Shown: positions 52,613 through 62,377, counted from the first letter of the stretch. The stretch is 64,000 bases of DNA from Promethearchaeota archaeon (GCA_029838195.1 JALGVJ010000007.1:64001-128000), one strand, 5' to 3'. Notes: a model not told the origin generated them from the sequence alone. Made by a program: numbers and translations.

Positions 52613-54055
52613 TTGGATAAAAAAAATTTAATTTTAACTGCCAGTGGCATTCGGGGAATTGCTCATGAAAGTTTAACAATTGATTTTGTGAAAAAATTAG
52701 CATGGGCGTTCGGAACGTGGTTAAAGAATGAAGAAAAAACGGTCGTGATCGGAAGAGATACCAGGATTAGCGGAAAACCCTTTGAAGATGCCATTATTGA
52801 AGGGTTAACAATAGCACGATGTAAAATTATTAATTTAGGAATCTGCCCGACACCAATCATTATTTTTTCTAAGAATCAGTTAAATATAGCCGCAGGCATG
52901 ATAATCTCCGGATCTCACAATCCCCCAGAATGGAATGGAATAAAATTGCTTCATGGTTTTACTTTCATTGATGAAAATGAGTTAAATCAAATCATGAATT
53001 TAATGGAAAACCATTCATTAAATGCCAATTCGCTGGATTTAAAAAAAAAAGATAAATGGGTGGTGGAACATTATAATCCAATCCCAGAATACGTGCGTTG
53101 GTTATACTTGCATGTGGACGTGAATGAAATTAAGCAAAAAAATCACCTTAAAGTTGCCATTGATACCGGAGCTGGGGCAGGAAAACTTATCACCCCCCAA
53201 TTATTAACCGATTTAGGTTGCGAAGTAATCAAGATCAATAATGAATTCGTGAACGGTACCGAATTTCCCCGTAATCAAGAACCCATTGCTAAGAATCTTC
53301 AAGAATTGATCGTGAAGGTCATGACTGAAAAATGCGACGTTGGATTTGCCCATGATTGCGATGCTGATAGATTGGCGATAATTGGAGAGGATGGCACGTG
53401 GTACCCCGAAGATACGGGACTCGCCATTATTGCTAACCATTATTTAAAAAATTCTCAAGAACCTACAAGGAAAATCTTTGTTACAAATCTGGCCTCTTCT
53501 ATGATGTTTGATGTGATTGCAGAAAAATATGATGCTGAATTAATAAGAACTCCCGTTGGAGAAAGACATTTAGCCGCAAAAATGCAAGAATTATTGGATA
53601 AATACAAAAACGAGCCACACCCCATCTTGATTTTCGGAGGAGAAGGGTCGTGTGGAGGAATTATGTTTCCCCCTTTCAATAATGCCCGTGATGGAATCTT
53701 TGCCACCGCAAAACTAATTGAAATCTTGACTAAAACGGGTAAATCCATGACTGAACTCGTGTCCGAATTGCCTAAATTCTATTCCTATAGACAAGTTCTT
53801 GAAATAAATAGCACGAAAATCCACCAATTAATACACGAATTAAAAAGTGAGCTCGTGAAAGAAGGTGAAGATGTGTCTCAACATGGTCTCGATCTTCGCT
53901 TCGGAAAAGATAAAGAATGGTTCGTCCTTATCCATCCTTCTAATACCGAACCCGTGATTAGAGTGATTGCCGAGGCAAAAAGAGAATCACTTGCTCGATT
54001 ATATTGTGAAACCACCACGGAATTATTAAAAATAATTAATTCTCGTTTAAATTAG
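52613..54055 (+). CDS. Phosphohexomutase (phosphoglucosamine/phosphomannomutase)
   Basis: SGIRG, SGSHNPPEWNGIK phosphoserine loop, HDCDADR, GGEGS, PSNTEPVIRV. Confidence 0.94.
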   Translation: MDKKNLILTASGIRGIAHESLTIDFVKKLAWAFGTWLKNEEKTVVIGRDTRISGKPFEDAIIEGLTIARCKIINLGICPTPIIIFSKNQLNIAAGMIISGSHNPPEWNGIKLLHGFTFIDENELNQIMNLMENHSLNANSLDLKKKDKWVVEHYNPIPEYVRWLYLHVDVNEIKQKNHLKVAIDTGAGAGKLITPQLLTDLGCEVIKINNEFVNGTEFPRNQEPIAKNLQELIVKVMTEKCDVGFAHDCDADRLAIIGEDGTWYPEDTGLAIIANHYLKNSQEPTRKIFVTNLASSMMFDVIAEKYDAELIRTPVGERHLAAKMQELLDKYKNEPHPILIFGGEGSCGGIMFPPFNNARDGIFATAKLIEILTKTGKSMTELVSELPKFYSYRQVLEINSTKIHQLIHELKSELVKEGEDVSQHGLDLRFGKDKEWFVLIHPSNTEPVIRVIAEAKRESLARLYCETTTELLKIINSRLN

Positions 54056-54122
54056 TTCAATATCCTAATTCTAAAAAAGTTTTTAATGAGGTATTTGTAA
54101 AAAGATAATAGAGCGAACGAAA

Positions 54123-54887
54123 TCATTCTCCTCTCATTATCTTTTTAAGACGATTCAATTCTTCTAACATTTCATCCCTTAAAGAACTTAAACTTCCTCC
54201 CGCTTGAGTTGCGCCGGGTGCTGGGGTTACTGCTCCCGGAGGTTTTACTCCTGGTGGGCCCACAGCGGGAGATTTTGGCGGTCCTGCTGAAGGGGGCTTA
54301 GGAGGACTCGTTGCGGAGGGGGCTGCCACGGGCGCCTTTGGAGGAGCTGAAACAGGTGATTTAGGTGGTGATGGTGCTGGTGGTCCTGCAGAAGGAGGCT
54401 TTGGTGGTCCTGCAGAAGGGGGCTTTGGTGGCCCTGCTGAAGGGGGCTTTGGTGGCCCTGCAGAAGGGGGCTTTGGTGGCCCTGCGGTTGGAGGTTTGGG
54501 AGGCCCCACAACGGGAGATTTTGGCGGTCCTGCTGAAGGAGGCATAGAAGGCCCTTCTTTTGAAGAGGGAGTTCCAAGTCCAGTAATGAGTGGATTACTT
54601 GAAGCTTTCGTAGCAGCTTCTCCACCTCCACTTAATAAATTAAAAAGAGTGCTTGCAGCTTTTGTTTTAGCTTCTTGAGGTGGTGCTAAGATTTGAGCCG
54701 AGGAGCTACTGACAGTCTGTACAGCTTCTTCAGCGGAGATACCTTTTAAATCTTTTTGAGCTTTATTTATGGATTCGATAAAGTCATTTATGTTTTTGAC
54801 AGTTTCTTCCAGATCATCAGCCAGTGAGCTAAGTCCTTTTTTTAGAAATGTTAGAACGCGATTAATTTTTTTTTTCTCAGAGACCAT
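54123..54887 (-). CDS. Coiled-coil / proline-repeat / C-terminal amphipathic helix protein (WH2-like tail)
   Basis: 254 aa ORF with GGAGG RBS: N-terminal heptad helix, (GPPKPPSA)n, C-terminus SLRDEMLEELNRLKKIMRGE. Confidence 0.85.
   Translation of the reverse strand: MVSEKKKINRVLTFLKKGLSSLADDLEETVKNINDFIESINKAQKDLKGISAEEAVQTVSSSSAQILAPPQEAKTKAASTLFNLLSGGGEAATKASSNPLITGLGTPSSKEGPSMPPSAGPPKSPVVGPPKPPTAGPPKPPSAGPPKPPSAGPPKPPSAGPPKPPSAGPPAPSPPKSPVSAPPKAPVAAPSATSPPKPPSAGPPKSPAVGPPGVKPPGAVTPAPGATQAGGSLSSLRDEMLEELNRLKKIMRGE
54379..54546. repeat. Coding 24-bp tandem repeat x7 (GPPKPPSA), with 2 further degenerate units at ~54253-54306
   Basis: Unit ggtggYcctgcWgaaggRggcttt; central units vary mainly at third codon positions of the minus-strand ORF. 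Confidence 0.92.
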
Positions 54888-55682
54888 GGTCGGTGCTTTC
54901 CTCCGATTGAACTTGAGACGTAATTAATATTAATATAATATTATAGAAATATAAATATTTCTTATTATACATGATATTCTTTTAGGTATTTAAACCATGA
55001 TAGTAAGAAAATTTTTGATATTTAATGTTTTTACTCCTGATTTTTAATGATTTAGAAAATATACCCCGCTCATGTTTTCAATAATATTTCTTAGGAATTT
55101 CCCTTATAGAACAGAATAAACCTAACGGGATTCTCTTAATTAAAATCATTGAGGTGAGAAAGAGTGAATTATAAATTTGATTTAATTACTTCATGCTTGG
55201 AAAAGAAAAGTGAAGTTCCCTATTTCATTCGTATTAGATTCTTAAAATAAATTTAAATTTGCTACACGCTTAATGATTCCATCAGGAATTAAAAAAAACA
55301 TTGCCTTTTTTAAAATTAATCATGGGGTTAAGAATTAAACATAAATAATTGGTAAAAAAAGTTAGACCATTATCTTTTACCCGGTTTATTGAGGATAAAA
55401 AATAAAGCAAATCAATATTCCATGAAGCGAGATTTATTAAAAGAAGAGATGGGGCCAATTTGAACAATTTGGGAAGAGCCTCATGCTAAAAAAGTTATAC
55501 TAAAGCAATTAAGTGATGGGTCATGAAAGCCAACGGGAAAACCAAGCCCATGCAAAATGAAAATAAGCATTTATGGAGGGTATTTAAGAATCTGAGAGAG
55601 CTCATACCTAAATATGGTTTAAATAAAAAGCATGCATGCGTGCGTAAAGCTATGGAATTTATCTTTAAATACCAAACGGCTC

Positions 55683-55832
55683 TTATTTGGTTCGATTTAG
55701 AGGCGTATTATATTTTTAAAGGGTTTTATGGTTATTTGGTTCGATTTAGAGGCGTATTGTATTTTTAAAGGGTTTTATGGTTATTTGGTTCGATTTAGAG
55801 GCGTATTGTATTTTTAAAGGGTTTTATGGTTA
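55683..55832. repeat. Intergenic 49-bp tandem repeat x3
   Basis: ttatttggttcgatttagaggcgtattRtatttttaaagggttttatgg at 55683, 55732 and 55781; one difference in the first copy; no spacers. Confidence 0.97.
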
Positions 55833-56045
55833 GAAGAAAATAAATTAATGAAGGAAATGAAACTTTATTTCCCATAAAATTTTTTAATTTTTGGTATAAC
55901 CAATAATTAATTTCAATTACTTTATTTCTAATAAATAATAAAAATAATAAAAATTACTAATATTATATCATTCAATTCAAATCGAATAAATTTTTTTAAG
56001 AAATAATCTTAAATTTTCTTAAGCATAAAAATAAATGTGAGAAAT

Positions 56046-56309
56046 ATGGCCAAGAAAGAACTGTTCATTAAAAGAGTATACGAGATAGTCAATGAATTAA
56101 AAATTCCATTAATAGATGAGCGCGTGTACGATAAAGTGGCATTTGGAGGAAATCCTATTGCAAGTATCGTCTTTAAATTTGAAGAAGATGAGTCCGTAAT
56201 TAGAGGTTTTTTAGGTTTAGCAGAATACTTTCATACGGTCGTAATAAAGAAAAAAGATGACTTCTTCATTCCTCATAATAACTTGATCTTTCGCTTGATT
56301 TCAGCTTAA
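56046..56309 (+). CDS. Small hypothetical protein
   Basis: Isolated ORF with globular composition (MAKKELFIKRVYEIV...); ATG 56046 preferred over GTG 56037. Confidence 0.75.
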   Translation: MAKKELFIKRVYEIVNELKIPLIDERVYDKVAFGGNPIASIVFKFEEDESVIRGFLGLAEYFHTVVIKKKDDFFIPHNNLIFRLISA

Positions 56310-56545
56310 CTACTCTTTTTTTTATTTAAAACATTTTTCAATTAATTTTCCTATTATTTTTCATTTTTTTATCATTAAGAATGAAAAATAGTCCTTTTAC
56401 CGATCTAAGGGGGAAATGGGGGAATTTGAGAAAGATTTTGAACCCATGCCATGAAATTTCTTCAATTATGTGACCCTTGATGGATCCCATGAGAGATTTA
56501 TTTGCTACTGTTTAGATGAACAAGAAAAAGAAAATATTTGAAAGG

Positions 56546-57253
56546 TTAAATGGTATTGGTATAATATTTAGATTGCTTCAAGATATTTAATACTTCTGAT
56601 TCAGGGATATCATACCAATGTTTATAGGCATTAGCCACTGCGAATTGCCAAGCGTGAGAGACGTGCGGGCAAAAAATTTTGTCTGTAAATTCTTGAATTT
56701 TTTTGATTGTTCGAATAGGGGCAGTAGGAACGGCAACATGTATGTTTTTCGGGGTATATTTTTTAACCATTTCTATAGCAGCTAACATGGTAAAACCTGA
56801 GGCCAGACCGTCATCCAAGAGAAAGATGGTTTTTCCTTTCATCTTTTTAAATAAGAGGGATTGAGTTTGAGGGGAAATTTGATAAAACTGCAATCGGCCC
56901 TTAATTTCATTTTTAGTCAATTGGATAGCTCGTTCTATTTCAGGTTTGCTCAAATTTAAATGAGGTAAAAGATCTTGATTCAATAAAATAGTTCCATCAG
57001 TAGTGACTGCGCCAAAACCCGCCTCGGGGTTATATGGAATTTTAATTTTTCGCACGATTAACATGCTATAAGAAAGATTAAATATTTGGCAAAATCCCTC
57101 AGTAACGGGAACTCCGCCATTTGGAATGGCAAAGCAAAAAAATTCTTTGGGATTTTTCAGAATGGAATCATGGAGATTTTTATCTTTTTTTTCTATTAAC
57201 CGAGCAATTTTAATACCCGCTTCTAATCGTGAATTATATCTTTCAAATTCCAT
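56546..57253 (-). CDS. Type I phosphoribosyltransferase family protein
   Basis: IPNGGVPV, RKIKIPYNPEAGFGA, LLDDGLASGFT PRPP loop. Confidence 0.92.
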   Translation of the reverse strand: MEFERYNSRLEAGIKIARLIEKKDKNLHDSILKNPKEFFCFAIPNGGVPVTEGFCQIFNLSYSMLIVRKIKIPYNPEAGFGAVTTDGTILLNQDLLPHLNLSKPEIERAIQLTKNEIKGRLQFYQISPQTQSLLFKKMKGKTIFLLDDGLASGFTMLAAIEMVKKYTPKNIHVAVPTAPIRTIKKIQEFTDKIFCPHVSHAWQFAVANAYKHWYDIPESEVLNILKQSKYYTNTI

Positions 57254-57471
57254 TGAAATTCCATTTTGATAAGAATTGTTCTTGAAAATTTTAATTAGGT
57301 AAAATTTATAAAATTTGGGCCTTGGATACTTGCGATTGCAAAAAAATAAATAGAGCGTGGCAACATGTATTTTTTATGATGATATAAATATTTTACAATA
57401 AAGTATATTTTTTCTTATTTTTAAATTTAAGGTGGAGCATGTAATTAAACGAGCTAACGAATGGAATTAAA

Positions 57472-59115
57472 ATGAGGCAGGCGGACAATAAAATCAAGAT
57501 TTTAATTGAAAAATTTAAAAAATCGCGGGATCTAAACAATAGAATAGAGATTCTAAATGATTTATCTAAATTGCAAGAAAAAAACCATTTTCTTGAGTTT
57601 AAGAATTTCTACTTGAAAGAATCTTTTTCAGAAATCAAGAGCACGCTCATACCCTTTATCATTGAATTTTATCCGGACCAAGGCATGGAATTCTTGGTAA
57701 GTCAATATAGACAAGAAAAGGATTGGAAAGTAAGAAATAAGATAATAGAAGCTATTGGATTATGTAAAAATAGAAATTCCCTTTTATTTTTAATAGAAGC
57801 TTTAAAAGATAATAATGTTGAAAATAAACGATTAGCAATTTCTTTATTAGGACGAATGAAAGCAGAAGAAGCCTCAGAACCCCTAATATCAATGCTACAA
57901 CATGGAATGAATGAACTTTATGACGATATAATAAAAGCTATAGTTAACATTGGTAAAAAAAATAATCTCAAGGCAATTTTAGCTCATATAAACCAAGAAA
58001 ACATTTACATAAAACGAGCCATTCCTATCATATTAGCACGCTTGAAAGACAAAAGCTCCCAGCAAATCCTATTAAAATTATTGGAAGATCCCGATAGAGA
58101 GGTAAGAAAAAATTCCATTAAAGCATTAGTACATGTTTTAGACCTAAGAAAAATAGGAGTTCTTTTTAAAAAATTACAAGATGATAATTTAGAAATAAGG
58201 AAAGAGACAATAAAAGCTTTAGGAGAATTAGGCTCCTTAAAAGCCATAAAACCCCTTTTAAAATTATTACTAGATAAGAAATTTGTCATTAGATCTCAAG
58301 CCATGAAGGCCCTTACCAAGTTATTTATTAAAGCTAAAACTCATGAAGAACTTTACGAGGTGTTGGAAAAAAGAAATTTATTAGGACGTCAAAGTGCTAT
58401 TAAGATTTTAGGCCAAATCGGCTCTCCCGAAGATATAAAAAGATTGTTGCCTTTTTTTACGAGTAAAATCCCACAAATCCGGCAAAATGCCTTTAAATCC
58501 ATTTTAAAAATTGCTCAAAATACTGAATTTAAGGAAGAGAGCTTAGTTTTAATAATTCAATCCCTTAATTCGGAAAAATGGCAAATTAGAAAGTATAGTG
58601 CTAACTTATTAAGCAAATTAGGCGATGAAAATACAATTGAGGCTTTGTTTGTTTTATTAGGAGATGATAATAACGAGGTGAGAAAAGCAGCCATTCAAAC
58701 GTTAGCAACTTTTAGAACCTCTAAAGTTATTGATATTGCGAAGCAATTTTTAACGGATGATTCTTGGAAAATGAGACGAGCTGCGGTGAAACTTCTCCTA
58801 AAAATAGGAACGGAAGAAGCTCTTTCTCCTTTAATGAATTGCCTTAATGATGATGATATTTACGTAAAAAGATGGGCCATAAAAGGATTGGGCAAATTAC
58901 GTTCTTTTTCAAATCTATCCGCACTTTCAAGGTTATTAAAAGATAAAGATCCAAAAATTCGTTTATCCGTGGTAAAAGCCTTCGAACAAATAGGGGAAGA
59001 AAGTGTCATTCCATATCTCATTGATGCTTTAGGGGATGATGTTTATGAAATTAAACGAGAAGCTGAAAAAGCCTTGGAAAAAATAGATCCCTTCTGGATT
59101 GAAAAATATTTATAA
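57472..59115 (+). CDS. HEAT/PBS-lyase repeat protein
   Basis: Many ~31-aa LxDxxxxVRxxAxxALGxIG repeats. Confidence 0.92.
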   Translation: MRQADNKIKILIEKFKKSRDLNNRIEILNDLSKLQEKNHFLEFKNFYLKESFSEIKSTLIPFIIEFYPDQGMEFLVSQYRQEKDWKVRNKIIEAIGLCKNRNSLLFLIEALKDNNVENKRLAISLLGRMKAEEASEPLISMLQHGMNELYDDIIKAIVNIGKKNNLKAILAHINQENIYIKRAIPIILARLKDKSSQQILLKLLEDPDREVRKNSIKALVHVLDLRKIGVLFKKLQDDNLEIRKETIKALGELGSLKAIKPLLKLLLDKKFVIRSQAMKALTKLFIKAKTHEELYEVLEKRNLLGRQSAIKILGQIGSPEDIKRLLPFFTSKIPQIRQNAFKSILKIAQNTEFKEESLVLIIQSLNSEKWQIRKYSANLLSKLGDENTIEALFVLLGDDNNEVRKAAIQTLATFRTSKVIDIAKQFLTDDSWKMRRAAVKLLLKIGTEEALSPLMNCLNDDDIYVKRWAIKGLGKLRSFSNLSALSRLLKDKDPKIRLSVVKAFEQIGEESVIPYLIDALGDDVYEIKREAEKALEKIDPFWIEKYL

Positions 59116-59385
59116 AGATATCCGCCTTATTTTCCTTTAATTCTTTCCCTTTATTGATAATATTTAAAAAAATCGCGTGTGGTCAACATGAGACGTAATC
59201 AGGCATTTTTAATTATTTTTAGCTGAAATTACTATTGGATCAGAAAAGAAATATGAATTACCTTTCAAAAAAAAACTGAAATTTACTTTTTAAGAAATTT
59301 TTAATTTCTTAGCGAATTAAACTAGTTATAATCTCATGTTAGACGCTAGAGATACCTTTTTAAATGAACATGATCGTGAATTTAT

Positions 59386-59940
59386 ATGGTTAAAGATGAT
59401 TCCAAGCTCAACATCGTTCTTGAAACCTTGCCTTCTGAAACTTTTTCGATAATTGGGCACCTCATAGCTGGAATCATCCTAACGCTATTAATTCTTCCTT
59501 TTAAGAGTTTTATCATCCTAATTGTAATCATTCCTGCATTATTAAGCGTGAGAGGGAATGTAAGTGGTCCATTTTATGCAAGAACTTCGAGAGATTTGAT
59601 GCTAGGCGATTTTAATAAACAGACATGGACAGAAAATATTTTAGCAACTTATGTTCTTTCCTTAATATGTTCTTTTCTTATTGGAATTTTTTCCCTTTTT
59701 CTTAATGTAATTCTTATTAAATGCGGTACTATAAGTAATTTTCAATTGATATTCACTCCCATGCTAAGTGTTTCTATTTCTCTTTCGATTTCAGTTATAT
59801 GTTCCACCCTATTAAATTACATTACGTTTCATAGAGGGTTAAATCCAAATAATGTGGTACCTCCTATCATGACTACGCTAGATGATTTTTTAACGATTAT
59901 TAGTTTTTATGGATCTTTATTAATTTTAAAGGTGGCTTAA
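59386..59940 (+). CDS. MgtE-like divalent cation transporter membrane domain (half 1)
   Basis: PALLSVRGNV and GLNPNNVVPPIMTTLDD motifs. Confidence 0.85.
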   Translation: MVKDDSKLNIVLETLPSETFSIIGHLIAGIILTLLILPFKSFIILIVIIPALLSVRGNVSGPFYARTSRDLMLGDFNKQTWTENILATYVLSLICSFLIGIFSLFLNVILIKCGTISNFQLIFTPMLSVSISLSISVICSTLLNYITFHRGLNPNNVVPPIMTTLDDFLTIISFYGSLLILKVA

Positions 59941-60492
59941 GTGAAATATTTCGTAAAAATTATTAAAGAATCCATTTTAATTGTTATATTAACATCGATT
60001 ATTGGATTATTTACGGGATCCCTTCTATCTTTAAATGAAAGAATACTTTACTCTTTTCCTATAATTCTCCTCATTTTACCTTCATTGAACTCATTAACAG
60101 GGGATATTTGCACCATTTTAGTCTCAAGATTAACCACACATTTATATATCGGTACGATTGCTCCGCGTTTAGAAAAATCGAAACGTCTGAAAGAAGATTT
60201 TTTAGGTTTGTTAATAACACTTTTGTTGAGTTTAATTTTGCTCATCGTCGTGGGGCATGCGATTGCGTTCTATACTGACATCAAAATCATCAATCCCTTT
60301 TTTATCATCATAGTTTTATTTATTACAATAATTCTTCTATTTGTAAGCATGTTTATCGTGTTATTTATTGGTTCTATATTTCTATTTAAGAGTGGAAAAG
60401 ATCCTAACAATTTTTTAATTCCCTTCGTGACCTCGTCTGCGGATTTTCTAACCCCTTTTTTTTTAATTATTTTTATCATAATATTTTTATAG
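59941..60492 (+). CDS. MgtE-like divalent cation transporter membrane domain (half 2)
   Basis: PSLNSLTGD..SRLTT.L..G and GKDPNNFLIPFVTSSAD; abuts the previous stop. Confidence 0.85.
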   Translation: MKYFVKIIKESILIVILTSIIGLFTGSLLSLNERILYSFPIILLILPSLNSLTGDICTILVSRLTTHLYIGTIAPRLEKSKRLKEDFLGLLITLLLSLILLIVVGHAIAFYTDIKIINPFFIIIVLFITIILLFVSMFIVLFIGSIFLFKSGKDPNNFLIPFVTSSADFLTPFFLIIFIIIFL

Positions 60493-60511
60493 AATTAAAA
60501 AATAAATTTTA

Positions 60512-61774
60512 ATGAGTGAAAAAAATAAGATGACTATAATCAAAAAGCATTTCAAGTATAAACCCCTTTCACTCAAGGATATCCTCCGTGAAATGAAAAA
60601 AAACATTGACTTAATGATTGACCTTGCTTACAGTGCAATTAAATTTGGAGACAAAGAACTTGCCGATGAAGCGTATAAGATTGAAGGGCGCATCCATGAA
60701 CTTACTTTTCTTTTAAATCTCCAAATTATCATGACTCAACCCGGAGGATATAAAAATGCTAAAGAATTAGAACCAATCGTCGTAATGGGATATTGTATTG
60801 ATAAAATAAGCGACGCTTTGTCTGACATTGCTCGTGTAGTCTATGTTAATAGTGATATATATCAATTCACCCAGCTTTTCTGGGATAGCGTGCCTGAACC
60901 CATTGTAAAAATCACGGTGAAACCTAATAGTGAATTTATTGGAAAATATAGAAAAGATATTCATTTTAGATCCCTCCATGGTGTAGATTTAATTGCTATT
61001 AGGCGAGGAAGTAAATGGATTTTTGATACGAAGCAAAAAATTCTAAAAAATGATATACTTATCGTGAAAGGAGAAATATCGCCAATTCGAGAATTAAAAA
61101 AAGCGTGCATGGATGATGAACCCTTCTCCTTTGATTTAGAGAAAATTCATAAAGAAATAGAGTTTGATCTCGAGAATCCAGAAATCTTCGAAGCATTGGA
61201 AGAGCTTAAAAAAAATTATGTTTTAATAACGGATCTATCTGAAACCATGATTGAACTTGCACTAGTAGCGCTATTCTTTAATAATTATGAAGTAGCAGAG
61301 GACATTTCTGAAATGGAAGAATTAATGGATGGGCTCAACATCGCATTTGAAAAAGACTTACTAGAAATCGCTCATTTGATAGAAAATCCTAAAGATTTAA
61401 CCGGGATCATGCGCATTGTATTTTCATGCGAATTAATTGCAGATGCGGCGGCAAATATCGCAGAAAATATCATTAAAGGTTTCACGCCCCACCCAATTTT
61501 TCAAAAAGCCATATCGGAAACCGATGAAATTGTTGTAAGGGAAACGTTATCTCATGATTCTTATTTTAAAGATAAAACATACGAAGAGCTTCAAGATAGA
61601 AGATATAAGCGGGGTTTCCACATCATTGCTCTAAAGCGAGAAGATAAATGGATTTATCGCTTTAGAGATGATTTTCTGTTTAAAGAGGGAGACTTAATCA
61701 TCGGATTAGGGCCAAAAGAAACCGTAATGCAATGGAGAAGATGCGTAAATCCGGAAAAATTTAGAATGTCTTAA
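60512..61774 (+). CDS. Tandem PhoU + TrkA-C (RCK_C) domain protein
   Basis: Two copies of MIDLAYSA/MIELALVA PhoU helices, each followed by an IAIRRG/IALKRE RCK_C motif. Confidence 0.85.
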   Translation: MSEKNKMTIIKKHFKYKPLSLKDILREMKKNIDLMIDLAYSAIKFGDKELADEAYKIEGRIHELTFLLNLQIIMTQPGGYKNAKELEPIVVMGYCIDKISDALSDIARVVYVNSDIYQFTQLFWDSVPEPIVKITVKPNSEFIGKYRKDIHFRSLHGVDLIAIRRGSKWIFDTKQKILKNDILIVKGEISPIRELKKACMDDEPFSFDLEKIHKEIEFDLENPEIFEALEELKKNYVLITDLSETMIELALVALFFNNYEVAEDISEMEELMDGLNIAFEKDLLEIAHLIENPKDLTGIMRIVFSCELIADAAANIAENIIKGFTPHPIFQKAISETDEIVVRETLSHDSYFKDKTYEELQDRRYKRGFHIIALKREDKWIYRFRDDFLFKEGDLIIGLGPKETVMQWRRCVNPEKFRMS

Positions 61775-61789
61775 CGAAATGGGAAGTCA

Positions 61790-62377
61790 GTGACGACCAT
61801 GAAGATTGAAGACCGATTTTTTAATACCATGCTTGAAATTAGCAAGCAAATTAATTTTAACGCTGAAAATATAAATAGGGCCCATTTAAGCGATTTTATA
61901 TCTTTAATTCTTAATATAAACGAGAAAGGAGACAGGATCTTCGTATACGGAGCAGGCAGGTCCGGTTTTATTGGACGCTGTTTTGCTCAAAGACTAATGC
62001 ATTTAGGAGTCAATTCTTGTTTCGTATCAGATGCGATCACTCCTCAATTTACTTCTAATGATGCATTAATTTTAATTAGCGGGAGTGGTGAAACCACGTC
62101 GACCGTCGCTATTGCTAAAAAAGCTAAAGAAATAGGGGGAAAACTGTTATTATTAACGAGTAATCCGGAAAGCACCATTGGAAAAATTTCTGACATTTCT
62201 TTGAAAATTATAGGAAAAAGCAAGGATGTAGCAACTGTTCAAAAAACTCTTGCCCCATATACTAGCTTGTTTGATATCTCCACATTGGCCGTATTGGACT
62301 CTATTGGAGGGGTTTTAATGGAGCTTCTCAATGTTTCAGAAGAGGATATTAATAATAGACACGCAACCATTGAATAG
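61790..62377 (+). CDS. hxlB: 6-phospho-3-hexuloisomerase (SIS domain)
   Basis: YGAGRSG, RLMHLG, ISGSGET, C-terminal RHATIE. Confidence 0.88.
   Translation: MTTMKIEDRFFNTMLEISKQINFNAENINRAHLSDFISLILNINEKGDRIFVYGAGRSGFIGRCFAQRLMHLGVNSCFVSDAITPQFTSNDALILISGSGETTSTVAIAKKAKEIGGKLLLLTSNPESTIGKISDISLKIIGKSKDVATVQKTLAPYTSLFDISTLAVLDSIGGVLMELLNVSEEDINNRHATIE

Noticed and set aside
54245-54678. Alternative-frame ORFs with Gln/His/Leu or Gly repeats
   Set aside because: Shadows of the 24-bp repeat; wobble variation and the RBS support the Pro-rich frame.
55282-55768. ORFs 55282..55467 (-) and 55523..55768 (+)
   Set aside because: Short with no recognisable motif; the second runs into the non-triplet tandem repeat. 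Probably spurious, though not excluded.
55683-55832. CRISPR array or tRNA fragment (the unit contains GGTTCGA, like a T-arm)
   Set aside because: Units are contiguous with no unique spacers, there are no cas genes, and no cloverleaf or acceptor stem can be formed.
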